Source of the DNA: an uncultured bacterium
GTDB taxonomy: Bacteria > Chlamydiota > Chlamydiia > Chlamydiales > SM23-39
Direction: 5' to 3'
NCBI GenBank assembly: GCA_964594545.1
Contig: CAZQNB010000004.1
Location: 6,511-67,822, forward strand
Length of the DNA: 61,312 bases
Part shown: positions 1 to 9,481 of the stretch, in pieces
Numbering within the stretch: the stretch's first letter is position 1
Layout: every line of letters begins with the position of its first letter
Translations under genes and position numbers: made by a program
Notes under the pieces: generated by a model
What the model was told of the DNA's origin: nothing
Seen by the model: the letters and a program-made list of their open reading frames with translations, nothing else
Database searches by the model: none

Positions 1-261
1 TCGCTTGTATCCTACACCTTGGAAGGGGGCCTTTCTCTTGCCAAAGCGAGCGCAAATGTTGTGTTATCCGGATGTAAAAAAGCAGCGTCTCTTGCCAAAG
101 ATTACATAAACTTTTGCAGACAAAACCCAAAAACAGGAACTGTAATTACAGCATCTCTAGCTTTAGGTCTTGCTATGTGGATTAAGCCAACAGAGGTTGA
201 AAAACTACATGCTAAGGCGCTTGAGATCTCAAAGAACTCATTGAGTTACTTCAGAAGATAA
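1..261 (+). CDS. hypothetical membrane protein, 3' part (frame open to left window edge)
   Basis: Frame 1 has no stop from nt 1 to the stop at 259-261. One hydrophobic segment (TGTVITASLALGLAMWI). No recognisable family. Confidence 0.4.
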   Translation, partial: SLVSYTLEGGLSLAKASANVVLSGCKKAASLAKDYINFCRQNPKTGTVITASLALGLAMWIKPTEVEKLHAKALEISKNSLSYFRR

Positions 262-299
262 AAACCTGAGTTTTGGGTTCGTTTTCCTCGAAATCCAGG

Positions 300-350
300 T
301 TAATACCAAACGCAGCAAATAAATTCATATTTAAGCTGCGTTTGGTATTA
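300..350. repeat. 50-bp hairpin element with perfect 16-nt arms; its first 37 nt are identical to 12842-12878
   Basis: TAATACCAAACGCAGC (301-316) pairs with GCTGCGTTTGGTATTA (335-350), loop AAATAAATTCATATTTAA. Nt 300-336 are identical to nt 12842-12878. Lies about 40 nt after the stop of the upstream ORF. Confidence 0.85.
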
Positions 351-357
351 CAGAGCA

Positions 358-453
358 CTAGCGCTCTAAAATTTTATGAACAATCTCTTCCGGGGGGAAG
401 CTGTGATCACTCTGGATATCTCTAAATTCCATGTGGTCTATATGACGCTCTAG
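358..453 (-). pseudogene. 3'-terminal remnant of a paralog of the 1876..2406 gene
   Basis: The minus strand translates to ERHIDHMEFRDIQSDHSFPPEEIVHKILER*. The C-terminus of the 1876..2406 product is ERHVNHMELRDIHSDHGFPIEQIVREV. An in-frame stop lies immediately upstream (454-456), so only about 30 codons survive. Confidence 0.6.
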
Positions 454-696
454 CTAAACTTTAATTTTCGTAAATGGTATAAACTCGCTCCCCCGAATAA
501 GCAAACAGATTTAAAACTCTATTGCCCTTTTGGAAAAGCCAACCACAACCAACTAAAAAACAAACACTTAACAATCAGATCAAAAAACAAGTTATTTTTA
601 AATTAAAAATTTATTTTGTTTGAAATTCATTTAAATAACTGATAAAATCTATATTAGATTTAGCTTTTCTTTGTTAAATAAGGATAAAAATATTTT

Positions 697-1887
697 ATGA
701 ACATCTTTCCCGCCACACACGGTATGCACGTTGAAATCTGTATTGCTCATTTTCCCGACGGACTCGGAGATACGACCGCAGCTTGCAAAACAGCTCAACT
801 AATCTCTGAGATTTGCAACGGCTCTGCTGAACTCTCATTTACTGCGATACCGCCCGATTTATCTTTTTGCGGGCAATACTTAAATACGGCTAGCGCTTTG
901 AGGGACTTTGAAAAAAACAGCCTCTCGATGCTATCTGAAGTATTGAGATCTTACGGCCGGACATTAACAGAAGATCCCGCAACCCTTCCAAAAAACAGAA
1001 TCAGAATCATTACCCCCTATAGCGGGGTATGCGAAGCGATCTCCGACGAAATTCCGACGATTGTTCTCTCAGAATATGATCGCGCCCCAATCTGTTCCCG
1101 ACCTGATTTGGGAGACCTCCTTGTTTACAGACAAACAGGATTAGGAGAATCAACGCTTGCATCTCAAACAGCGCTTGGAATTCACATCCTCCCTGACTGG
1201 CAATGGCGCCACATCTTTTCTCAAAAGCCGCGAGAAACTCGTTACACTGAATTGAAGGATCTCAAAGATTGGGGTTCTGTTTTAAAAGGGCTTGAAACCA
1301 AGATTCAAACCTCTCTAGAAGGTCAAATTATATTTGTTGGATATGGATATGATATAAAAGTATTCTCCCGTTTTGTTGCCCCACGTTTACAAGAGATCAG
1401 CGAAGAAAACCAGTTGCGCCTGCATCGAGGAGAGGCCCCCCTTCCCGATCCTGTTTTTTTCTTACCTAACCAGGCGGACAATCTTAGGATAATGAAAAAT
1501 CAACTAAACGAGTGGTTCCCCAAGATGACAAGTGTTCGATATTTTTGCGAAAAGCTTTCTCCTAAAGAATTTGATCTATTATTACTGCTAAGTGAGAAAA
1601 AGATTTGCATAACAGGAGACCAATCATTTGCTGAGGCGATCAGCTCTAATAAAAGAATTGCTCATTACGATTCCCGCTACCATAAAATGGGTTTATTGAC
1701 AGCCTACAACAAACTTTTGTCTGCTGATACCAACTGTTTCGATCCTTCTCAAGGCGGTTTAAGTGATGATGAAATAAGGGCCCGCAATAATAAAATAAGC
1801 GACAAGATAAACAAATTCATTTGCGAACACAAAAATCTCAAAACAGGGTTAATCTCTCTTTTTAACGCCCACCCATCAATGAGCTAA
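697..1887 (+). CDS. hypothetical protein; candidate GT-B glycosyltransferase with EarP-like motifs
   Basis: 396-aa ORF after an AT-rich upstream region. N-terminal FPDGLGDTT (DxxGD) and C-terminal EFDLLLLL..ICITGDQSFAEA have the same spacing as the EarP VDNYGDIG and YDRLLW..VRGEDSFVRA motifs. The match was made from memory only. Confidence 0.55.
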   Translation: MNIFPATHGMHVEICIAHFPDGLGDTTAACKTAQLISEICNGSAELSFTAIPPDLSFCGQYLNTASALRDFEKNSLSMLSEVLRSYGRTLTEDPATLPKNRIRIITPYSGVCEAISDEIPTIVLSEYDRAPICSRPDLGDLLVYRQTGLGESTLASQTALGIHILPDWQWRHIFSQKPRETRYTELKDLKDWGSVLKGLETKIQTSLEGQIIFVGYGYDIKVFSRFVAPRLQEISEENQLRLHRGEAPLPDPVFFLPNQADNLRIMKNQLNEWFPKMTSVRYFCEKLSPKEFDLLLLLSEKKICITGDQSFAEAISSNKRIAHYDSRYHKMGLLTAYNKLLSADTNCFDPSQGGLSDDEIRARNNKISDKINKFICEHKNLKTGLISLFNAHPSMS

Positions 1888-2406
1888 ATAATTAAACGAA
1901 ACTTCGCGAACAATCTGTTCTATGGGGAATCCATGGTCGCTATGGATATCTCTTAATTCCATATGGTTGACATGGCGCTCAACCACGTTCCCTTCCCCGT
2001 CATACGAACGAATAGTCACGTGATTCAAAACACATTTTCGGATCGTAAACTTTCCAATCTCTTCTCTTTTCTGTAAAAGCGCATCCCAATGATTATGATC
2101 CGCATACAAAGTCAACTCATTGCATACGATCTGATCGATGATCGTATTTTCTGCAAACAATCTTGTCAGCTGATATTCGATTCTTACCTCTTCAGCCATC
2201 AGGGCATAAGGCAAATCAAAACCTTTGGGATTGCGAATTTTCAGCCCTCGGATATTTGATTCTGTTGGCCAAATACTCACCCATTCCATCAATATAGGAA
2301 GGTCTAATTTTTTAGATATGTAGTGAGAGAGGAGTGGCGCTTTGACAAGCCAAAGGAACGCCGCAAAACCGAGAACTAAATACAATATGAACTTCCACTT
2401 CAACAT
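1876..2406 (-). CDS. membrane-anchored protein, AsmA/DUF748-like N-terminus
   Basis: N-terminal TM segment (ILYLVLGFAAFLWLV) followed by an APLLSHYISKKL pattern. Paralogous to the divergent neighbour 2435..3112 (shared C-terminal HxxDIxSDxGFPIxxI). Confidence 0.55.
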   Translation of the reverse strand: MLKWKFILYLVLGFAAFLWLVKAPLLSHYISKKLDLPILMEWVSIWPTESNIRGLKIRNPKGFDLPYALMAEEVRIEYQLTRLFAENTIIDQIVCNELTLYADHNHWDALLQKREEIGKFTIRKCVLNHVTIRSYDGEGNVVERHVNHMELRDIHSDHGFPIEQIVREVSFNYLAH

Positions 2407-2434
2407 ATCTCAAAAATGAAGCATTGCCCTTTTT

Positions 2435-3112
2435 TTGCAAATGATTTATTCGGAAAGTATGCGCAAATTTATTAAAATCATCCTCGCCCTCATCCTTATC
2501 CTAGTCGCCGTCTCCTGGATCGCCTGGGGAACAAAAACGCAAATCTTGGCTCGTTATCTTTCAGGTCATTTGAGGGTTCCTGTAACGATCGGTAGCTTTG
2601 AACTTACAAAAACGCAAATTGACATCTCAAGCCTTTGGATGGGGACGCCACTGAGATCTAAAACATCCACTTCCTTTACTGCAGAAACCATCGAAATCGA
2701 CACAGAACTTTCCCAATTCATGAGTGATCCTCTCATCATCGATCGGATCGAGATCTCCAATATCTTTGTAGGGCTTGAGTACTATGCAAACGGAGAGACG
2801 AACTGGAGCCTAATGCTCAAAGCGCCAGATCGGCCAAAAAAGGAAAGAGACTACCTCATTCGCACTCTTGTTTTAGAAAACCTAATGATTGAAGTCACTC
2901 AAGCCAATGGTCAAAAGAAGAGATACCCAACCCTTGCGCGAATGGAGTTTCATGACATCAGCAGCGATACAGGCTTCCCTATAAGCGAGATTGAAAAAGC
3001 CATATTCAACCAGATGATAAAAAATCTCCTAGACAAGTTCAATCTTCTGAAAACACCGCTTAATGTTCCGGGCAATGCCCCATTAAAATATTTACCAGGT
3101 ATATTTAATTAG
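2435..3112 (+). CDS. membrane-anchored protein, paralog of 1876..2406
   Basis: TM segment IILALILILVAVSWIAW, then ILARYLSGHL. C-terminal MEFHDISSDTGFPISEIEKAI matches the neighbour. The likely true start is ATG 2441 or 2459, not TTG 2435. Confidence 0.55.
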   Translation: MQMIYSESMRKFIKIILALILILVAVSWIAWGTKTQILARYLSGHLRVPVTIGSFELTKTQIDISSLWMGTPLRSKTSTSFTAETIEIDTELSQFMSDPLIIDRIEISNIFVGLEYYANGETNWSLMLKAPDRPKKERDYLIRTLVLENLMIEVTQANGQKKRYPTLARMEFHDISSDTGFPISEIEKAIFNQMIKNLLDKFNLLKTPLNVPGNAPLKYLPGIFN

Positions 3113-3169
3113 TTGTTTGGGTATAAACGCTTGTTTGAGTTATAATACTTCTTACGGGAGAAAAGCGCG

Positions 3170-3760
3170 TTGAAGGCTCAGACAACTAAACTTTATAATT
3201 GGGCCATTACTAAGGCCGAATCCACTAAATCCCCCCTCTGGCTTAGCCTCCTCTTTTTCCTTGAAATTACCCTTTTTCTGCCTCTCGATGCCGTTTTAAT
3301 GTTCTTCTGCCTTCAAAATAGAAAGAAAATTTTTCTTTACATTGCCCTTGCAACGATAGCCTCAACGATCAGCGGCTTAATGGGTTACTTACTGGGCCAT
3401 TTTCTTTGGGATCTGATTGGCTCCTATGTCGTCCCGCACATCATTTCAACCGCCGCTTTTACAAAAATTTCACTCCATTTTCAGCACTATGAGAATTGGG
3501 CCATTTTCTTTGGGGCGCTTGTCCCCTTCCCTTTAAAAATTCTCACCCTCTCCGCCGGGGTCTTTAAGTTGGGCATCCTCCCCTTCATCTCCTACTTTTT
3601 TGTCGCCAGATTTGTCCGCTTTTCCCTCATTGGCATCTCCATGATGGTTTGGGGACCCCAGGTCAAAAGCTTTCTCGATAGGAACTTCCATAAAGTTATG
3701 CTATTGATTGGGGCGAAAGTTGCTGCCGCCTTCATTTTCCTCTGGGCATTAGCTAAGTAA
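3170..3760 (+). CDS. YqaA/DedA-related inner membrane protein
   Basis: Multi-TM protein. LFFLEITLFLPLDAVLMF and TISGLMGYLLGHF resemble the YqaA family pattern. TTG start. Confidence 0.6.
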   Translation: MKAQTTKLYNWAITKAESTKSPLWLSLLFFLEITLFLPLDAVLMFFCLQNRKKIFLYIALATIASTISGLMGYLLGHFLWDLIGSYVVPHIISTAAFTKISLHFQHYENWAIFFGALVPFPLKILTLSAGVFKLGILPFISYFFVARFVRFSLIGISMMVWGPQVKSFLDRNFHKVMLLIGAKVAAAFIFLWALAK

Positions 3761-3779
3761 TTCACTATAATTTTTCGAC

Positions 3780-4397
3780 ATGTCTATTAGCCGTTTTGCT
3801 TTGATGTCCTTGCATGAACAGAGACTCCTATCGAAGGGATTTGTAAAAATTGCGGGCGTTGATGAAGCCGGCCGAGGCCCTCTTGCCGGCCCTGTAGTTG
3901 CAGCGGCATGTATCCTTCCCCAAAATGCCTTTTTCGCAAATCTCAACGACAGTAAACAGGTATCTGAGAAACAAAGAGAGCGCCTCTTTAAAGAACTTAC
4001 AGAAACTGATGGAGTCATCTACGGGATCGGAGAGGCAAGCGCGTTAGAAATAGATCAAATCAATATTCTAAGGGCCACCTTTTTGGCCATGCAAAGAGCT
4101 GTACAAGCACTCTCTATTTCCCCGGATTACCTACTCATCGACGGCAATAGAGCGCCTCATTTCAAAATCCCCACAGAGACGATCGTAAAGGGAGATTCCC
4201 TATCCATTTCGATTGCAGCCGCATCGATCATCGCTAAAGTCTATCGAGATAAATTAATGGAAGAGCTCGATCAAAAATGGCCGATGTACGGATTTTCAAA
4301 ACACAAGGGATATGGAACTAAAGAACATATCGAATCGATAAAGAAATGGGGCCCATGTCCTGATCACAGACAGACATTTGCCCCAATTAGGCATTAA
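3780..4397 (+). CDS. rnhB: ribonuclease HII
   Basis: GVDEAGRGPLAGPVVAAA catalytic motif, DSKQ, and length of 205 aa. Confidence 0.95.
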   Translation: MSISRFALMSLHEQRLLSKGFVKIAGVDEAGRGPLAGPVVAAACILPQNAFFANLNDSKQVSEKQRERLFKELTETDGVIYGIGEASALEIDQINILRATFLAMQRAVQALSISPDYLLIDGNRAPHFKIPTETIVKGDSLSISIAAASIIAKVYRDKLMEELDQKWPMYGFSKHKGYGTKEHIESIKKWGPCPDHRQTFAPIRH

Positions 4398-4768
4398 GCT
4401 TGAACAGATGCTTCAGCGTGGTACTGCTCTTTAATTTTAGCAGCTTTGCCAGCTAATCCTCTGATGTAATAGAGTTTCGCTCTGCGCACTTTTCCTGATC
4501 GAACCACTTCAATGCTCGAAATTCTTGGGCTGTGGATGAGGAAAACGCGGTCCATGCTTGAGCCATACGCTGTACGATAAATGGTAAACGTTTCAGATAT
4601 TCCGTAGCCTTTCTTTGCAACTACAGTGCCTGTAAACGCTTGAAGACGCTCTTTGTCGCCTTCAACAATTTTCGTATTCACACAAACGGTATCCCCGATG
4701 TTGAAGGAGGGAACCTCTTTCTTCATTTGTTCTGCTTCTAATTCTTGAATAACAGGTACTTTACTCAT
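4394..4768 (-). CDS. rplS: 50S ribosomal protein L19
   Basis: NIGDTVCV..IVEGDKERLQAFTG..IYR.....VFLIHSP is an L19 signature. The ATG at 4768 overlaps the trmD stop (ATGA), so the longer track ORF to 4837 is probably an artefact. Confidence 0.9.
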   Translation of the reverse strand: MSKVPVIQELEAEQMKKEVPSFNIGDTVCVNTKIVEGDKERLQAFTGTVVAKKGYGISETFTIYRTAYGSSMDRVFLIHSPRISSIEVVRSGKVRRAKLYYIRGLAGKAAKIKEQYHAEASVQA

Positions 4769-5442
4769 TGACTCTCTCCTTTCACTAAATCGGGACGAAC
4801 CCGGCACGTTTTTTTGATTGCTTTTTCTCTTCGCCATTTGCGAATTTCCGCGTGATTTCCATCGCGGAGAACTTGAGGGACTTCAACCCCTCCAAACACT
4901 AAAGGACCCGTATAATGCGGCGCATCGAAAATCCCCTCTTGAAAGGAGTCTTCTTTCACTGCATCCGGATGCCCTATCACCCCGGGAATAAACCGGGACA
5001 CCGCATCAATCAGAACAATTGCGGCCACACACCCATTTGTGAGTACGTAATCGCCAATACTGATCTCTTCGTCAATCTCCGTCTCAAGCACTCTTTCATC
5101 CACACCCTCATAATGGCCGCAGAGGATAACCAAATGCTCTACCTGAGACAACTCTTCACATTTCGCAGCGGTTAAAAGAGCTCCCTGCGGCGACATAAAG
5201 ACCACACGAGAACCCTTTTTCCTAACGCTTTGAATCGACTTCGCTACCGGCTCCGGGCATATAACCATTCCCGGCCCCCCTCCATATGGGCGATCATCTA
5301 CACGCCGTCTGTTCTCCGCAAAATCGCGAATATCTACATGGCGTATAGTGAGTAATCCTTTCTCTCTTGCTCGCGAAATCATGCTCACATCGAAAGGGCC
5401 CCGAAAATACGAGGGGAAAAGCGATAGGATGTCGATTTCCAC
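4765..5442 (-). CDS. trmD: tRNA (guanine37-N1)-methyltransferase
   Basis: Motifs LSLFPSYF, DDRPYGGGPGMV and ILCGHYEGVDERV, plus the conserved rpsP-trmD-rplS context. Confidence 0.95.
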   Translation of the reverse strand: MEIDILSLFPSYFRGPFDVSMISRAREKGLLTIRHVDIRDFAENRRRVDDRPYGGGPGMVICPEPVAKSIQSVRKKGSRVVFMSPQGALLTAAKCEELSQVEHLVILCGHYEGVDERVLETEIDEEISIGDYVLTNGCVAAIVLIDAVSRFIPGVIGHPDAVKEDSFQEGIFDAPHYTGPLVFGGVEVPQVLRDGNHAEIRKWRREKAIKKTCRVRPDLVKGESQ

Positions 5443-5448
5443 TTTAGT

Positions 5449-5763
5449 TTACGCTTGTTTTCGCTTAGCTCGCGCTTTAGCTACTTTCGCGACCTTTTTC
5501 TGCGTCATCTCTTTAACGACTTCAGGAGCCATCTTGGAAACAAGAGATTTTACTCGATCGCTAATTTGCGCGCCGCAGTCTAACCAATACTGGATACGTG
5601 GCACATCGAGGAAATATCCTTTCTCGTTTGGAGCAAAAGGATTGTACCACCCTAATTTCTCCATATATTTTCCATCTCGTGGATGACGAGAATCTGTCAA
5701 AACAATACGGAAACTTTGACGGCTACTTGCCCCTTGTTGTCTCATGCGTATAATTAACGCCAT
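5449..5763 (-). CDS. rpsP: 30S ribosomal protein S16
   Basis: MALIIRMRQQG....SFRIVLTDSRHPRDGKYMEKLGWYNP is an S16 signature. Confidence 0.95.
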   Translation of the reverse strand: MALIIRMRQQGASSRQSFRIVLTDSRHPRDGKYMEKLGWYNPFAPNEKGYFLDVPRIQYWLDCGAQISDRVKSLVSKMAPEVVKEMTQKKVAKVAKARAKRKQA

Positions 5764-7121
5764 TTGTTACCTTTAAGTTGATTTTTGATATCTTTTAAAT
5801 CAGGCATTCCTGAAAAACCCTTCATTTGGCTTTTCATGTCCGGCATGCCCTTAAATAACTGTTTTACTCTTTTAAACCCTTTGACCATCCGATTCACTTC
5901 TTCAAGGTCTACGCCGCTCCCCTTCGCAATCCTTTTGCGACGGAGGTGGGAAAGCTCATCCTTTTCTTCTCTCTCATTTGGAGTCATCGACAAGATCATC
6001 GCTTCCATCTGCCCAAATTGCGCATCAGAAAAATCCAAATCCCCAAGAGAACTAAAGCCCGGGATCATTTTCAAAAGGCTTTTCATCGACCCCATCTTCT
6101 TGACCATCCCCATCTGTTTGAGATAGTCGTTATACGAAAATGTGGCCTTACGGAGCTTTTGCTCCATTTTCAAACTTTCTTCTTCATCAAAATGGGCTTC
6201 CGCCTTTTTGACGAGATTGATCACATCGCCCATGCCAAGAATTCGGTCGGCCATGGAACGAGGATGAAACAACTGCAGATCAGAGATCTTTTCGCCAACC
6301 CCTTCAAATTTGAGCGGTTTTTGCGTAACTTCCCGAATTGAAATGGCGGCGCCAGCTCTCGCATTTCCATCGAGCATGGTCAATATCGTTCCGGTAATCG
6401 CAACCCGTTTATCAAATTCCGCAGCTGTACGCACGGCATCTTGACCCGTCGTCGCATTCGCAACAAACAAAACCTCGCGAGGATTTAGGAAAGACTTGAT
6501 CGCCTCAAGCTCTCGCATTAAATCTTCATCGATATGAAGCCTTCCTGCGGTATCGACAATCAAAACGTCAACCCCATCCGCTACTGCCTTTTCGTACGCT
6601 TTTTTTGCCACCTGAAGTGGGCTTTTCTCCCCATCCAAGCTAAACACAGGCACGCCGATCGAGCTGCCCAAAGTTTTCAGCTGATCAATCGCTGCCGGTC
6701 TTTGCAAGTCGCAGGCGGCGAGCATAATCTTTTTATGCTTTTCTGTCCCCTGGATATATGCAGCTATTTTAGCGCATGTTGTCGTCTTCCCGGAGCCTTG
6801 CAATCCGCAAAGCATGACGACGGACAACTTACCCTTAAGATCGAGAGGAACCTCACAGCTCCCCATGAGCGCAATCAATTCATCATGAACGAGCTTGATG
6901 AACTGCTCCCCGGGCTTAACCGATTTTGTTACAATCTCTCCGATCGCTTTTTCTTTCACCCTCTTAACAAACTGACTGACAACAGTAAAATTCACATCCG
7001 CATCGAGAAGCGCCAAACGGACATCTCGAACCGCATCCGAAATATTGTCTTCGGAAAGGGCTTTTTTGCCGGAGAGGGAGGAGAACAAACCCTGTAGTTT
7101 TTCTGTTAAAGAGTCAAACAT
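5754..7121 (-). CDS. ffh: signal recognition particle protein Ffh
   Basis: G domain with GLQGSGKTTT, DTAGR and TMLDG, plus a Met-rich M domain at the C-terminus. Confidence 0.95.
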   Translation of the reverse strand: MFDSLTEKLQGLFSSLSGKKALSEDNISDAVRDVRLALLDADVNFTVVSQFVKRVKEKAIGEIVTKSVKPGEQFIKLVHDELIALMGSCEVPLDLKGKLSVVMLCGLQGSGKTTTCAKIAAYIQGTEKHKKIMLAACDLQRPAAIDQLKTLGSSIGVPVFSLDGEKSPLQVAKKAYEKAVADGVDVLIVDTAGRLHIDEDLMRELEAIKSFLNPREVLFVANATTGQDAVRTAAEFDKRVAITGTILTMLDGNARAGAAISIREVTQKPLKFEGVGEKISDLQLFHPRSMADRILGMGDVINLVKKAEAHFDEEESLKMEQKLRKATFSYNDYLKQMGMVKKMGSMKSLLKMIPGFSSLGDLDFSDAQFGQMEAMILSMTPNEREEKDELSHLRRKRIAKGSGVDLEEVNRMVKGFKRVKQLFKGMPDMKSQMKGFSGMPDLKDIKNQLKGNKWR

Positions 7122-7162
7122 CTTCGTTAAATAGTTAATGGATACAAGGATACTCGAGAAAG

Positions 7163-7999
7163 TTATTGCTTTTCAAGGAAAAAGAAACGGTCTTTCCCAG
7201 ATAAATCTTGTATGAGCTCAGATTGGGCCCACACAGGCGATGAAAAAATTTCTTTTACCCCAGCTCCTTGAGCAGAGCCAATCTCTAAATATACCTGACC
7301 TCGGGGCCCCAAATAATGGGGGATTTCTTCAGCCAAACGGCGATAAAAATCAAGACCATCATCTCCGCCCACAAGAGCCAATTTAGGCTCAAAATCGCGC
7401 ACAGAAGGATCTATTGTAAAAAATTCACTTACAGTGACATACGGGGGATTAGAAATAATGATATCTGCTCTTTTATCTTTAAAAGGAGAGAATAAATCCC
7501 CTTGTAAAAAAGATATTTCCACCCCATTTTGGGCCGCATTTTCTTTCGCAAGTGAAAGGGCGTCAGAAGAAATATCGGACGCCCAAACCTCGATTTCTGG
7601 AAATCTTTTTTTTAACGCAACCGCAATGCACCCGGATCCTGTGCAAACATCGAATATACTTGTTTGACCCGTCATCCTCTTTGCAATGAGCTCAACTAAA
7701 AGTTCCGTTTCAACTCTAGGGATAAGCGCTCTTCGATCCACCCGGAGCCTGCATCCAAAAAAGTCCATCTCTCCCGTGATATATTCCAGGGGCTCATGTT
7801 TTGCGCTTCTTTTGAGCCACTCTCTTAAAACAGACAGCTCTGCATCTTCCAGCGGCCGGTCAAACTGCATGTAGAGATCAATCCTTTTACAGCGCAAAAG
7901 GGAAGATAAAAGATCCTCAACCAAACGCCTTGGCCTTTCAATATTTCTTTCTTGTAAAAATTGAGTGGATAGCTGAAGAACATCCTTCAAACTCTTCAT
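7163..7999 (-). CDS. prmC: release factor glutamine methyltransferase PrmC/HemK
   Basis: SAM motif [10 protein letters not shown] and NPPY motif (IISNPPYV). 4-nt overlap with upstream prfA. Confidence 0.9.
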   Translation of the reverse strand: MKSLKDVLQLSTQFLQERNIERPRRLVEDLLSSLLRCKRIDLYMQFDRPLEDAELSVLREWLKRSAKHEPLEYITGEMDFFGCRLRVDRRALIPRVETELLVELIAKRMTGQTSIFDVCTGSGCIAVALKKRFPEIEVWASDISSDALSLAKENAAQNGVEISFLQGDLFSPFKDKRADIIISNPPYVTVSEFFTIDPSVRDFEPKLALVGGDDGLDFYRRLAEEIPHYLGPRGQVYLEIGSAQGAGVKEIFSSPVWAQSELIQDLSGKDRFFFLEKQ

Positions 8000-9060
8000 G
8001 ATTGTAGTTTCTCTTGATGAAAATGGTTGACGAGAGGAATCGTCAAATCATCCAAATCCCCTTCCATGACCTTATCTAATTTATACAACGTCAAATTGAT
8101 TCTATGATCCGTCACCCGATTTTGAGGATAATTATAGGTTCGAATCCTCTCTGACCGATCTCCGCTGCCAACCTGAGAGAGACGAATCGCAGACATCTCT
8201 GAATGCGCCTTGCTTCTCAGAGCCTCCCCGATGCGAGCAGAAAGAAGACGCATCGCCTTGTCTTTATTCTTGTGCTGGCTCCGCTCTTCTTGGCACGCCA
8301 CAACGGTCCCTGTCGGAATGTGGGTAATGCGAACGGCTGAATCGGTTCGATTGACGTGCTGTCCCCCGGCGCCTGAAGCGCGATAGGTATCAATGCGCAA
8401 ATCTTTTTCCTCAATCTGCACCGTCTCTTCTTCATTCGGCTCGAGCAAAACGGCAATCGTAATCGCAGAGGTATGCACTCTCCCTTGCGTCTCCGTCTCC
8501 GGAACCCTCTGCACCCGATGCGTTCCCGCCTCGTATTGCATCAAACGATAGACGTTAGGGCCCGAAAGGGAAACGATATACTCTTTATAACCCCCTAACT
8601 CTGAGGCAGATGCAGAAATAACCTCAAGCTTCCATTTCTTTGTTACCGCATAATTGTGGTACATACGAGCGCAGTCAGCGACAAATAGAGCCGCCTCATC
8701 TCCGCCAGTACCTGCGCGCAATTCCAAGATAATATTGCGGCTATCATTGGGATCTGGGGGAACGAGGTGATTTTCGATTTGAGCTTTGAGATCCGTAACA
8801 GAAATTTCTAAACGGGAAATATCCTCGTTTAGAAGAGAAATCATATCAGAATCTTTTTCGGAAGAAAGAAGGGCCTTATTCTCCTCAAGCTGTTTTTGCG
8901 AGGAGATATAACGTTCCCAGAGGTCCCTTAATTCGGACAACTGGGAATGTTCTTGGGACAGAAGCTTATACCGCTTTTGATCGACTAAAGTCTCTGGCAT
9001 CCCCAGCTCAGCTTCGACCTGGTGTAGCCGAGTCAGAAGCTGCTGTACTTTCTCAATCAC
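7996..9060 (-). CDS. prfA: peptide chain release factor 1
   Basis: [15 protein letters not shown] (GGQ motif). [14 protein letters not shown] carries a PxT tripeptide at the RF1 position. Confidence 0.95.
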   Translation of the reverse strand: MIEKVQQLLTRLHQVEAELGMPETLVDQKRYKLLSQEHSQLSELRDLWERYISSQKQLEENKALLSSEKDSDMISLLNEDISRLEISVTDLKAQIENHLVPPDPNDSRNIILELRAGTGGDEAALFVADCARMYHNYAVTKKWKLEVISASASELGGYKEYIVSLSGPNVYRLMQYEAGTHRVQRVPETETQGRVHTSAITIAVLLEPNEEETVQIEEKDLRIDTYRASGAGGQHVNRTDSAVRITHIPTGTVVACQEERSQHKNKDKAMRLLSARIGEALRSKAHSEMSAIRLSQVGSGDRSERIRTYNYPQNRVTDHRINLTLYKLDKVMEGDLDDLTIPLVNHFHQEKLQS

Positions 9061-9374
9061 TTCTTTTTCGGGGCTTTAACTTTTGCTTTATTTGCTTCTT
9101 CTTGCTTATCTTGTGAGATCTTCACTTCAGCAGCCTTACGAGCATACTTCTTCGCGAATTTATCCATACGACCTTCTGAGTCGACAAACTGTTTGGATTT
9201 CGTGAAGAATGGGTGAGATGAGGAAGAAATCGGAACGCGGCAAACAGGATATTCTTTGCCTTCAAATTTTTCCTTATCTTTCACTTGCAGCGTGCTACCG
9301 ATGAGAAAAGTGGCGCCCGTTGAAGAATCGACGAAAAGAACTTCTTGATATGTAGGGTGGGTCTTTTTTTTCAT
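9057..9374 (-). CDS. rpmE: 50S ribosomal protein L31 (type B, Lys-rich C-terminal tail)
   Basis: [23 protein letters not shown], no CxxC pair, and the conserved rpmE-prfA context. Confidence 0.85.
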   Translation of the reverse strand: MKKKTHPTYQEVLFVDSSTGATFLIGSTLQVKDKEKFEGKEYPVCRVPISSSSHPFFTKSKQFVDSEGRMDKFAKKYARKAAEVKISQDKQEEANKAKVKAPKKK

Positions 9375-9481
9375 AAACTAGTTCCTTAAAATATCTAGCA
9401 AGACTACTGACTAATCCCAAAAAAAACAAGCTTTTTTTAAACAAGTAGAGGCAAAATCAACACTTAGGTACAATCAGACCG

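Noticed and set aside
4769-4837. N-terminal 23-codon extension of rplS in the ORF track
   Set aside because: It would overlap trmD by 73 nt. The ATG at 4768 gives a normal-length L19 and the classic ATGA stop-start coupling with trmD.
5785-7097. Track ORFs 5785..6126, 5946..6341 and 6534..7097 on the plus strand
   Set aside because: They lie antisense to or out of frame with ffh, whose product has unmistakable SRP54 motifs. They are low-complexity, biased translations typical of shadow ORFs.
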